A stretch of 64,000 nt of DNA from Vampirovibrio chlorellavorus (GTDB lineage: Bacteria; Cyanobacteriota; Vampirovibrionia; Vampirovibrionales; Vampirovibrionaceae). The notes under the pieces are model-generated. The model was not told where the DNA came from and did no database searches. It saw only the letters and a list, made by a program, of their open reading frames with translations. Position 1 is the first letter of the stretch. Every line of letters begins with the position of its first letter. This document shows, one piece after another, positions 1 to 8,630 of the stretch. The stretch is from positions 36,084 to 100,083 of the forward strand of contig CAIPMU010000015.1 in NCBI GenBank assembly GCA_903866275.1, read 5' to 3'. The position numbers and the translations under genes are program-made.

Positions 1-883
1 CATAGCGATGCCGTTCATCCAAATGCACCCGACGACTCTGCATGTTTAAATCGACGATGCGCCGCTCATTTTCCGCCAGTCGATCCAGATAGCCACTTTG
101 AAATGTGCCCCGAATTTCTGCCATCTTGGTTTTGCTCTGGAGTAAAGACAAACGCTGAGACTCCAGCGCCTCTTTGGTCGTGGCCACATCGCCACGCAAT
201 TGAATCACTTTGAGCTCATAATCGCGCAGTTCATGCTCGGAAATCCCATCCTCCTGAAACAGCGTTTGATAGTTCAACAACTGCTCCTCAGAGCTTTTCA
301 GCTGCTCGGATTGCTGTTTGACCCGCTCGATCAGCTGCTGGTAATCGTGCTCCGCTTTTTGCACGCCCATTTCCGCCTGCGCCCGTTGGGCCGCAAAGGC
401 ATCACCATTGGCAGAGAGCCATGCGCCCCGCAAGTTCCCCAAGCCGCCCCCATGACGGTTACCAGAAGCGGCCCGCAGCGCCTGGGAATCTTGCTGCAAG
501 AGCTCCAGTTGGGACAACATGCCTGAAGCTTCAACCTGATCATCCTCCGTGTCCATTTCCACCAGAATATCACCGGCGTGGACCAGTTGATCCTCTTGAA
601 CATAGACTTTTTTCACCTTGGCCGTCGCAGGCGACATCACCCGACGGATTTTATCGGTGGGGATGAGCTGACCGGAACCCGGCACTGATTCTTCGATGGT
701 GCCATACCAGGACCAGGCCACCAAACCACCCAACCCCAACATCATCAGCAAGACCAGACAAAAACTCAGCGTAAACAAGCGCCGCGAATATCGATCCGAA
801 CGCTGGGAAAAGGGCAAGCCAGGATAGGCGAGATGCCCGGTCTCGGCTGGCGCTTTTTTAGAAGCGGATGATGTTCCAACCAT
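1..883 (-). CDS. HlyD-family type I secretion membrane fusion protein (C-terminus truncated by window edge)
   Basis: Minus-strand frame open from 883 to the window start. It begins MVGTSSASKKAPAE... and has one N-terminal TM helix (LFTLSFCLVLLMMLGLGGLVAWSWY) followed by long coiled-coil-like Q/E/L-rich segments typical of HlyD/EmrA. It lies immediately downstream of a T1SS ABC exporter, with a 15-bp gap. The supplied ORF track omits it because it runs off the window. Confidence 0.7.
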   Translation of the reverse strand, partial: MVGTSSASKKAPAETGHLAYPGLPFSQRSDRYSRRLFTLSFCLVLLMMLGLGGLVAWSWYGTIEESVPGSGQLIPTDKIRRVMSPATAKVKKVYVQEDQLVHAGDILVEMDTEDDQVEASGMLSQLELLQQDSQALRAASGNRHGGGLGNLRGAWLSANGDAFAAQRAQAEMGVQKAEHDYQQLIERVKQQSEQLKSSEEQLLNYQTLFQEDGISEHELRDYELKVIQLRGDVATTKEALESQRLSLLQSKTKMAEIRGTFQSGYLDRLAENERRIVDLNMQSRRVHLDERHRY

Positions 884-898
884 CGTGTGTTCCTTTAC

Positions 899-3616
899 TT
901 AGATCCGGGAGTGCAGGTGGAAATAATACCCTTTCAGTTCCATGAGTTGCTGGTAAGTACCCTGTTCAACCACTTTGCCATTGTTCAGCACAATAATGCG
1001 AGACGCAATTTGATGCACTTGGGCGTCATCATTCACGAAAATACAGGTAGCGGCCCGGTAATGATTAAACACGTAATTGTAAATTGCCACGCGGAGCACG
1101 GGTTCACAAGGCGCCAAGGCCTCATCAAAAATCAAGAGACTGGGGTGCAGTAAAAACAGCCGTGCCAGAGAAATACGGGCGATTTCCCCTCCGGATAAAT
1201 TCAAGCCATTGGGTGCCACCATCGTATCCAGACCGTTTGGTTTTTTGGACAGATCGGCATCCAGTTTCACCACCGAAACGGCCTCCCAAATGTCTCGCTG
1301 GCTGGCCGCCACATTGCCCAAGCCAATATTATCCCGAATGGACGCATAGAAGAGCGATGGCTTTTGCGGCGCGACACCCACATGACGACGCAAATTTTCC
1401 ACATCAATATCCCCGATATTAATGCCATCCAGATACACCGAGCCCGAACTAGGGGTATATAACTTTTGTAATAACCGGATCAACGTGGTTTTTCCGGCAC
1501 CACTGGCACCAGTTAAAATCACTTTTTCGCCGGGTGCAATGCTTAAATTAATATCTTTCAGTGCCCAGGGCAAATCCACATCATACCGGAACGACAGATC
1601 CCGCAGCTCAATGGCGCCCGCCACCTGATTCAACGTCACACTATGCCCCGGATTGTTTTCAGGAATTTCTTCTTCCACCAGCGTTTTGAACTGATCCATC
1701 AGGCCGGTCACTTGCTGCACCTGAATGAATCCGGTAAACATGCGCTGCAAGCCACTAAACACATTTCGACTCAACATATTAATAGCCATGTAAGCCCCGT
1801 AGGAAATATCGCCATGAATAACCATTAGGGCCCCACAATACAGCATGACCATCGAACCCATGGTCATAATAAACCCTTGCAGCGCCGATTCATTTACGCT
1901 GTTAAAGCGGGTGCTATACCCTTTTTCCAGCGTATAATCCAGCCGGTCAAAGATTTTTTCTTGCAGCACGTGGCTGGCATTGAGGGCATGCACGGATTCG
2001 CTGTGCTCCAGCATCTCGCGAATGCCCATTTGGCACTGACGCTGATTCTGGGAATGCTGCGCCGCTTTTTGCTTATCCCGAGGGGCTTTCCAGAAGTACA
2101 TGAAACCCATTGGCACCAGTGGGGCCACCGAAATCAAGGCCATCTGCACGTTCATCGACATCAGGAAAAACAGCACGATCACCGAAAAAATAACGTCCAG
2201 CGAGGTAATCAGAAATGTGGAAATAATCGTCTGGTTCAGGTTAGACACTTCCATGAAGCGTTCCGCCATGCCCCGATTGAGGTATGCCCCTGTTTTCCCC
2301 AGCGGCAAATTAAATAGACACTGGGCCAAAGACTCAAAACTCAAGCGATCCAGATGTTCCAGAAAATAACTCAGCACATGAGAACGAATCTGCTTGATGA
2401 GCAAATCAAACAGCAGAATCCCCACAATGCCAATGGCCATCACATTGAGCGTAGAAAGATTCTGGTGGCCAAAGACCTTGTCAAAAATAATCATGTAAAA
2501 CAAGGGCATGGCCAGAGAAAAAACCTGCACCAGAATCGAGATCAACACCATCTGGGAGGTCATCAGGATATTATCGGTACACAGCTTAAAATACCATGCC
2601 GGAGTAAAGGCACTTTGAAACGAAAGTAGTGGCTTTTTCTTGAGCGGCAGCAACACCAGACCTTCGTAAGTCAGGTTGGTAGCCGTCTCCATTTCCATCG
2701 GGAAAAAGCGAGCTTCCTGACCATTTTTAATTTCAGTCAGGGTATTGCCTTGCCGCCCGGTCACCCAGTGCAAGGCATTATCGGGATCTTGCACAATAAT
2801 GGGATACGGCGCGTTGAGCAACTGCTGCCAGGTCAGATGATGAGAACGAATCTGAAACTGCATGAATTCCAGCTGCTTCTGGAACTCCTGCATGTTACGA
2901 ATTTTACGCCGACGGCTAAGCCCGGGGTCCGAAGCCCGTCGCCCGGCCATGGGCTTTTTCAGGTAGTACTTGTTCACTTCGGCCAAACATTCCCAGGCCA
3001 AATCAGAATACTCTTCCTGCGATTTCCGACGATTTGCTCCCGGCGATGCCATCGGCGGAATCGACTCGGCAGCAGAGGGCGCAGCTGATTGTTCAGTTGC
3101 CGCAGAAGCCGATGACAGAGCAGACGAGGAAGCAGATGCAGCAGGCACTGTAGCTGAGGCAGCAGCGTCTCCAGCCAGCAGAGCCCTTTGGGTGTCCCGT
3201 GCCTCGGCAAAGCGAGCTTTCAACTCATGAAAATAACTCATCACCACGGGGATTTTCAAGGCCACATCCGTGGGCATCAGATACAACAGGGCTTCTTCCG
3301 TTGAGATGCGAAGTTCTACCCCATCCTGATGGAGAAAATCCCCATCCCAAACCGCACCGGGCTGAAAAGTCATCAACGTGCGCTGCTTATCATGAGGGAC
3401 GACCTTACCCAAAGCCCGCACCCGACCTTGCAGCAAAATAGCCATATAGCCGGGCGGAAAGTCCTGACCGGTTAGCACCTGACCAATAGCGCAAGGCTTC
3501 AGTGAAGTCACACTCAACCATTGGTGCACCTGCGGGTTCTCACTGAACTCCGGGCCATACAGCGATTCAAAGAGACCAACAATCTGCAAGCCTTCCTGTT
3601 GGGGATTTACAGCCAT
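899..3616 (-). CDS. Type I secretion ABC exporter (permease + ATPase) with N-terminal cyclic-nucleotide-binding-like domain and degenerate C39-like domain
   Basis: 905 aa. Walker A GASGAGKTT, ABC signature LSGGE, Walker B LLIFDEA and six predicted TM helices are all present. The N-terminal roughly 140 aa resemble a CAP/cNMP-binding fold. Residues around 290-350 resemble a catalytically degenerate C39 peptidase-like domain (PIIVQDPDNALHWVTG...GLVLL). Confidence 0.85.
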   Translation of the reverse strand: MAVNPQQEGLQIVGLFESLYGPEFSENPQVHQWLSVTSLKPCAIGQVLTGQDFPPGYMAILLQGRVRALGKVVPHDKQRTLMTFQPGAVWDGDFLHQDGVELRISTEEALLYLMPTDVALKIPVVMSYFHELKARFAEARDTQRALLAGDAAASATVPAASASSSALSSASAATEQSAAPSAAESIPPMASPGANRRKSQEEYSDLAWECLAEVNKYYLKKPMAGRRASDPGLSRRRKIRNMQEFQKQLEFMQFQIRSHHLTWQQLLNAPYPIIVQDPDNALHWVTGRQGNTLTEIKNGQEARFFPMEMETATNLTYEGLVLLPLKKKPLLSFQSAFTPAWYFKLCTDNILMTSQMVLISILVQVFSLAMPLFYMIIFDKVFGHQNLSTLNVMAIGIVGILLFDLLIKQIRSHVLSYFLEHLDRLSFESLAQCLFNLPLGKTGAYLNRGMAERFMEVSNLNQTIISTFLITSLDVIFSVIVLFFLMSMNVQMALISVAPLVPMGFMYFWKAPRDKQKAAQHSQNQRQCQMGIREMLEHSESVHALNASHVLQEKIFDRLDYTLEKGYSTRFNSVNESALQGFIMTMGSMVMLYCGALMVIHGDISYGAYMAINMLSRNVFSGLQRMFTGFIQVQQVTGLMDQFKTLVEEEIPENNPGHSVTLNQVAGAIELRDLSFRYDVDLPWALKDINLSIAPGEKVILTGASGAGKTTLIRLLQKLYTPSSGSVYLDGINIGDIDVENLRRHVGVAPQKPSLFYASIRDNIGLGNVAASQRDIWEAVSVVKLDADLSKKPNGLDTMVAPNGLNLSGGEIARISLARLFLLHPSLLIFDEALAPCEPVLRVAIYNYVFNHYRAATCIFVNDDAQVHQIASRIIVLNNGKVVEQGTYQQLMELKGYYFHLHSRI

Positions 3617-4467
3617 GAGCGTGCTTTCGCCTCCCCTTGCCCTTGACGGGCGCCCACTGGTTCCAGTGTGAGATTACCCATTGATAATTGCCGCATGGTC
3701 CACTCCGCAAAGAGCTCTTCCCGCATCCGGGCTTCCAGTTGCGGCGTGAGCTGAGTAGAATGAACCCGCATCAGCCGGGCAATATTATAATTGCGCCCAT
3801 CCAACGTAAAAGGCTCGGTGATTTCTCCCGATTTCAAGGTCATTAAACGCTGCTTTAAGTCCGGATTCAGTGAATCGACTTGCGCAGGCTCTTCCAGGCC
3901 ACCATAAGCCGCGCCGGGCAAGATGGAATACTGCCGAGCCAACTGCTCAAAATCCTGCCCATCATCTTTAATCTGGTAGTATAACTCCCAAATCAGGGTC
4001 TCTTGCGCCACCTGAAGCAGACCAAACAAGACCCAGTCCATCTGGTGCTTTCGTTTTAAAAACTCATCCTGAATCATATTACCGGGTATTACCAAACGCT
4101 TGAGCAGTTGCAACTGTTCCTGATACACCAGTCGCTTCATCAATGCCTGACGACTTTGCTGTTTATCTTTTAACCAATCACCCAAGGCATCGTGGTCCTT
4201 AATCTTGTTCAAGGTCAAAAACTCCTGGACTAACTCCCGAATGCGGGCCTTCTCTGGTTTGGGCACCTGATAGATTTCAAAATTCTTCTGATAGAGCAGC
4301 GCTTTTCCCAACTCATTCACCAGGACATTTTCCATGCCCACTTCAACCAGACCATGTAAAGCCTGCTCGAAGGAGATTTCCTCTTGGCAATATTTCAGCT
4401 TCATCTCTATCTCGAATCCATCACAAGAACCACTGTCATCATAGGCAACTTGAACCCCGGCTTTCAT
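3607..4467 (-). CDS. Parvulin (PpiC)-like PPIase-domain protein, no signal peptide, T1SS-associated
   Basis: 286 aa. The C-terminal half matches the parvulin pattern (GAAYGGLEEP...LNPDL...LKSGEITEPF...G.NYNIARLM). There is no N-terminal hydrophobic signal. Its stop overlaps the ABC exporter start by 10 bp, suggesting translational coupling. Confidence 0.4.
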   Translation of the reverse strand: MKAGVQVAYDDSGSCDGFEIEMKLKYCQEEISFEQALHGLVEVGMENVLVNELGKALLYQKNFEIYQVPKPEKARIRELVQEFLTLNKIKDHDALGDWLKDKQQSRQALMKRLVYQEQLQLLKRLVIPGNMIQDEFLKRKHQMDWVLFGLLQVAQETLIWELYYQIKDDGQDFEQLARQYSILPGAAYGGLEEPAQVDSLNPDLKQRLMTLKSGEITEPFTLDGRNYNIARLMRVHSTQLTPQLEARMREELFAEWTMRQLSMGNLTLEPVGARQGQGEAKARSWL

Positions 4468-4540
4468 CAGCCTATTACTGTATTTGCCAGAGCCAGCCCC
4501 CTTAAACGGTGTAGTTTTTTGCCCAATTTACGCCAGACAG

Positions 4541-4580
4541 ACCAAACCCCCAGGAATTGCTTCCTGAGGGTTTGGTTTTG
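4541..4580 (-). terminator. Hairpin between T1SS substrate gene and downstream accessory/transporter genes (possible attenuating terminator)
   Basis: Plus-strand sequence cccc-CAGGAA-ttgc-TTCCTG-aggg forms a stem of about 10 bp with a 4-nt loop, flanked by T-rich runs on both strands. It sits 30-70 bp downstream of the RTX-like gene stop. Confidence 0.35.
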
Positions 4581-4611
4581 CCTTTTGAGCTATTTTGACT
4601 TGCGCTTTGGC

Positions 4612-6630
4612 TTAAACGAAAGCAACCGTGGTGGATTGCGCTTTCACTTGTGCGAAGGTCAAATCCTGGTCGCCGAAGTGCAGGGTCTGGAATGCACCCG
4701 TACCAGCGGTAGACGCTGCCGCAGTCGCGTGCGTACCATCGAAGTAGTTGTGGATGACGATGGTATGGTTCGCATCGAAGGTCAGGGTCAGGTCCTTAGC
4801 GTGAGCAGCGACCAGCGGCGTATCACTCCAGGTAACATCAGTCGATTGATAGTTCCCCAGATCGAGGGTCCCTTTGGAGCCACCCATCGTATCGGTAATA
4901 TCAATCGCCCAGCTGTTGTTGGTGGTGAAACCTTGCACCGTGTTGGTACCGTTGCCCAGAACCAGAGTGTGGGTACCACCGTTGGAGAAGTCCACGATGT
5001 TGTTCCCGTTACCCAGAGTTTCGGCACCCGTACCGCCACCGGTGAAGATGCTGTTGTTACCTGCGCCAGCAGTCAGGGTATCCGAACCACCACCGAAGAT
5101 GACGGTGTTGTTACCCGCACCCACTGTGACCGCATCGTTACCGTTGCCAGTGCTGATAACACTGTTGGCCGAACCGGAAGCGGTAATCGTATCGTTACCC
5201 GCACCCGTGGTGATATGGAAGTCATAGTTACCGGTACCGGTGATGGTTGTATCCAAGTCATTACCGATAAAACCGGTAACTTTGCTGGCAGCAGCCCAGG
5301 TCACGCTAGATACCGAAACCTGACTATCAGTAATCAGGGCAGTACCGTTACCCACACCCAGTGCGGCGGTAATGGAGTGGGTCAGTGCGCTGCCATCGAT
5401 GGTCAACACACCGTTGCCAGCCGTGTTGGTCACGGTAGCGGCACCGTAGCCATCACCCATCACAACCGTGGTGTTACCACCCATATCACTGTGAATCGTG
5501 GCGGCGCTACCGGCACCGGCATCAATCAGTGTGTTGCCGTTACCAGCGTAAACGGTCACACCCGTGGAACCATCACCGATGAAGGTGTTGGTACCGGCAC
5601 CCAGCATTTTGTATGTGTTGAAACCGTGGAAGGTAATATCAGTGGTCGCAGCGGCATTCGCTAATTCGTGGTCACGAACATCCAGCGTTACCCCTTGACT
5701 ACCGGTATACACCAACGTGTTGTTACCGGTGCCACCGTTCAGGGAGTGAATCCCTGCAGTGTTGCCCACCGAGAAGGTATCGTTACCGGAACCGCCAATG
5801 ACCCCGTTCATACCACCCGCACCAGACCAGGTCACGGTTTCAGAGAAACCAGCGCCAGCCCCTGTACCAGTCAACAAGGCATTACCGGCAGTCGCGGAAG
5901 TCAGCGTCACAGCCAAGTTGGTTGTGGTAGCGCTGAAGTCCATCGTGTTAGTACCACCGGCATCGGTGATGGTATGGGCAACGTTGGCACCGCCCGTGAA
6001 GTTTTTGAACACGTAGCTGTCATCACCCGTTGAACCGCCGGTTACAGTAGCAGCACCGGTACCGAAAGTCAGGGTGTCATCCAGGTTGTTCAAGACAACG
6101 GTAGCCGTACCACTACCCAGTACCAATCCGCGCATTGAGTGGACATCGGCGATAGCACCACCCGTGGTGGCCACAGCGCCGGTAGTTGCCGTCATGCTCA
6201 AGCTGGTGAAGTTGGTGGTCACGTTGCTGACATCCAAAGTATCATATGTAGAGGCAGCGGTGTTGGTGTTAGTGTATGCCACAGTGCCCCAAGCATTACC
6301 CAAGGAAACGGTGTTGATCCCGGTCCCCATGTTCACGGTGTAAGTACCGTGTGCACCACCCCGCAGGAACATGCTATCGTTGCCAGCCAAACCGGTAACG
6401 GTTGTAGCACCCTGGTTTCCACCAGTGAAGTATACGTTGTTGGTACGGCCGGTACCAAACTTAACGGTAAAGGGTCCGGTTGCACCATAGACGTTCTGGT
6501 TTTTTGTCGCTGTATGGCCATCAAATAAAGTCGCAGTTCCCGGAACTGTGTTGTTCGGTAAGTTAAATGTTCCGCCGACTGCTGTAGTGATGGTTTGAGC
6601 TCTTTTTTGCGCTGTTGCCATTCTAAACAC
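4612..6630 (-). CDS. RTX-like calcium-binding repeat protein, probable T1SS substrate
   Basis: 672 aa, very rich in G/T/N/A/V with almost no Cys. It carries multiple degenerate GGxGxDxUx nonapeptides (GGSGNDTFS, GGTGNNTLV, TGAGNDTIT, GNGNDAVTV, GAGNNTVIF, GGGSDTLTA, GAGNNSIFT). It has no N-terminal signal peptide and its C-terminal 60 aa are typical of an uncleaved T1SS secretion signal region. It is the first gene of an operon with the exporter and MFP. Confidence 0.75.
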   Translation of the reverse strand: MFRMATAQKRAQTITTAVGGTFNLPNNTVPGTATLFDGHTATKNQNVYGATGPFTVKFGTGRTNNVYFTGGNQGATTVTGLAGNDSMFLRGGAHGTYTVNMGTGINTVSLGNAWGTVAYTNTNTAASTYDTLDVSNVTTNFTSLSMTATTGAVATTGGAIADVHSMRGLVLGSGTATVVLNNLDDTLTFGTGAATVTGGSTGDDSYVFKNFTGGANVAHTITDAGGTNTMDFSATTTNLAVTLTSATAGNALLTGTGAGAGFSETVTWSGAGGMNGVIGGSGNDTFSVGNTAGIHSLNGGTGNNTLVYTGSQGVTLDVRDHELANAAATTDITFHGFNTYKMLGAGTNTFIGDGSTGVTVYAGNGNTLIDAGAGSAATIHSDMGGNTTVVMGDGYGAATVTNTAGNGVLTIDGSALTHSITAALGVGNGTALITDSQVSVSSVTWAAASKVTGFIGNDLDTTITGTGNYDFHITTGAGNDTITASGSANSVISTGNGNDAVTVGAGNNTVIFGGGSDTLTAGAGNNSIFTGGGTGAETLGNGNNIVDFSNGGTHTLVLGNGTNTVQGFTTNNSWAIDITDTMGGSKGTLDLGNYQSTDVTWSDTPLVAAHAKDLTLTFDANHTIVIHNYFDGTHATAAASTAGTGAFQTLHFGDQDLTFAQVKAQSTTVAFV

Positions 6631-7008
6631 TCCTTCATGTGGTAATTAACGGGAATGGGAAAAAGCTAGATAATTATCTACTTCTCAGTTTGTTTGCCTC
6701 TGTTTTTTCAGCATCGAGATTGAACGATATTTCTTGTATCGATAGGTGGAGAGATTTCTTTAACCTTTTTTGGATTTTGCAAAAAATGTTTAGTCACAAT
6801 ATCGGCGATACACTACTATCGAAAAGGTAAACAGCTTTACCAAATGGCAAAACAGCAACAAATCCTGAAAACATTAGACTTTAAATCAACCAAAAACAAT
6901 CAGCATCCCTTTATGAAACCCCAAAAAAGCTTCGCGCATTGCCCACAAATGAAAACCATGCCTTTAATGCTGTATTGTTATCATCAATTTAGAGGATATT
7001 CTCAACTT

Positions 7009-7022
7009 CTTGATTGACATCA
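7009..7022. promoter_or_regulatory. Perfect FNR/CRP-family type palindrome TTGAT-N4-ATCAA in divergent promoter region
   Basis: Sequence ttgatTGACatcaa is read directly from the window. It matches the canonical FNR half-sites with a 4-bp spacer. It lies in the roughly 800-bp AT-rich region between the divergent T1SS operon and the GDSL/MBOAT operon. Confidence 0.4.
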
Positions 7023-7436
7023 ACCACTTCAGACAAAAAAACTATTTGACTACACCATGTTGAATCACATCAATATTCCTGATGGGCAGTGAACTCCTTT
7101 GTCTGACGAAAAGAAGTGCCTCTTAACCCTAATCAGCAACCGCCAAAAAGCCCCTTGTAGCAGACAAACCTCATTAGCAAAGCATACGCTTCTCATCTTG
7201 ACGCCAATATGGCCTTAAATCCATTGCATTGACGGAACCAGAGCACCGTGTTAGATTTTGAATCTGTCTAATCCGGTCCGTTTCATGGGTTTAATCAATA
7301 CTGATTGATTCAATGCTATCGACAGGCAAGTATTCTTAACCAAAACAACGCTCTGAACACCTGTTCAACCCAGCATCCATCGCCCCACTGACAGGCAAGA
7401 CACTACTCTTTACATCCTAACCGCTGAGTTCCCCGC

Positions 7437-8630
7437 ATGCAGATTCTGGAAAAAGAAGAGCTGAATCCACCTATTAAACGCTCATCGGTACTGTCGACCC
7501 AAGCCTCAAACGCTTTAGCCCCTCCCGTCTCTTTTCAGCACTGGTTCAAATTAACGCTTCATGGCCTCATCGCCTGCCTGCTGATGCTGAGCCTGGCAGA
7601 AAGCCTGGCCCGATTTATTGTTGTTCTAGCAAAACCTACCATCAGCCATACCACCAGCTTCGATCGTAAATTCGCACTGGCCAGACAGGGCTTAAAAAGC
7701 AGTTCAACCTCTACCCTTGCCATTCTGGGTGATTCACTGATTGATTTTGCCCTCTATTCAGAGCAATTAACCACCACCCTGAAACAGGCAGGCCTGAATA
7801 CGGATGTCGTCAATCTGGCTGTCCCTGGCAATACCTACGAACAAGATTTATTACTCCTGAAAACGGCGGTTCAAAATGGCCATAAACCCAGACTGGTTAT
7901 TACGCATACGCATTTACGACTGTTTAATCGCAGTTTTTATAAAACCCAAAGTCAAACAAACCATCAATTTGAGTCCTCCTATCTAGACAGATGCCTGTCA
8001 TCAAAACCCAAAAAAGGGATGCCTCAACTGCGTTGCGCCTTGGAAAAAAACTTTTACCTCTTACGCTACCGGGATTTTTTCAAAACTGAACTGGATCAAC
8101 TTCAGACCACACTGATGAATCCCAAAAAACGCCTGGAATTTCAACCGGCACAAGCGGCCGAGCAGGACTTCTCGCCGGGCGGATGGACACCAGCCTACGC
8201 CATGTCTACTGACGCTGACTTCCAGACACAATTTGCCCTGACCAATAAAAGCCATTACCGACACATCCAAAACGATTTTGACCAGTTTAACTGGACAGAG
8301 TCTCATTTTGAAACCCTCAGACAATACTGTCTGCAGGAGCATATCCCCATGCTGGTGTTGTGGCTGCCAGAGCACCCGATCAGCAACGCCTATTATGAAC
8401 ACTTTCATATCCCGCTCCCCGCGCTCACCGAACACTATCAGCACTATTTTGATCAGCACCACGTTCGGTTTATCAACCTGAGAAACCGCTTAAGCACTAC
8501 ACAAGGCTTCACCGATCCGGAACATTTTAACCCCTTGGGCACGCAAATCATTACCCAAACCGTCGGCGATATTTTACTGAAAGAAGCCCGCCCCTTATGG
8601 CTATCCAAACCAGAGGCGCACAAGCCGTGA
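7437..8630 (+). CDS. DltD/AlgJ-like SGNH (GDSL) protein, partner of MBOAT acyltransferase
   Basis: 397 aa. It has an N-terminal signal-anchor helix (LTLHGLIACLLMLSLAESLARFIVVLA) and a GDS block (LAILGDSLIDF). It overlaps or abuts the downstream MBOAT gene. Confidence 0.5.
   Translation: MQILEKEELNPPIKRSSVLSTQASNALAPPVSFQHWFKLTLHGLIACLLMLSLAESLARFIVVLAKPTISHTTSFDRKFALARQGLKSSSTSTLAILGDSLIDFALYSEQLTTTLKQAGLNTDVVNLAVPGNTYEQDLLLLKTAVQNGHKPRLVITHTHLRLFNRSFYKTQSQTNHQFESSYLDRCLSSKPKKGMPQLRCALEKNFYLLRYRDFFKTELDQLQTTLMNPKKRLEFQPAQAAEQDFSPGGWTPAYAMSTDADFQTQFALTNKSHYRHIQNDFDQFNWTESHFETLRQYCLQEHIPMLVLWLPEHPISNAYYEHFHIPLPALTEHYQHYFDQHHVRFINLRNRLSTTQGFTDPEHFNPLGTQIITQTVGDILLKEARPLWLSKPEAHKP

Noticed and set aside
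4384-5664. 426-aa plus-strand ORF, with several other long ORFs, antisense to the RTX-like gene
   Set aside because: The Gly/Thr/Val-rich translation is a mirror artefact of the repetitive GGT/ACC-rich coding strand. There is no start context or independent motif, and the region is fully accounted for by the minus-strand substrate gene.
7293-7308. ATCAATactgATTGAT palindrome as a second FNR site
   Set aside because: Half-sites are everted (ATCAA...TTGAT) relative to the FNR consensus TTGAT-N4-ATCAA. It is noted within the intergenic finding but not annotated as an FNR box.
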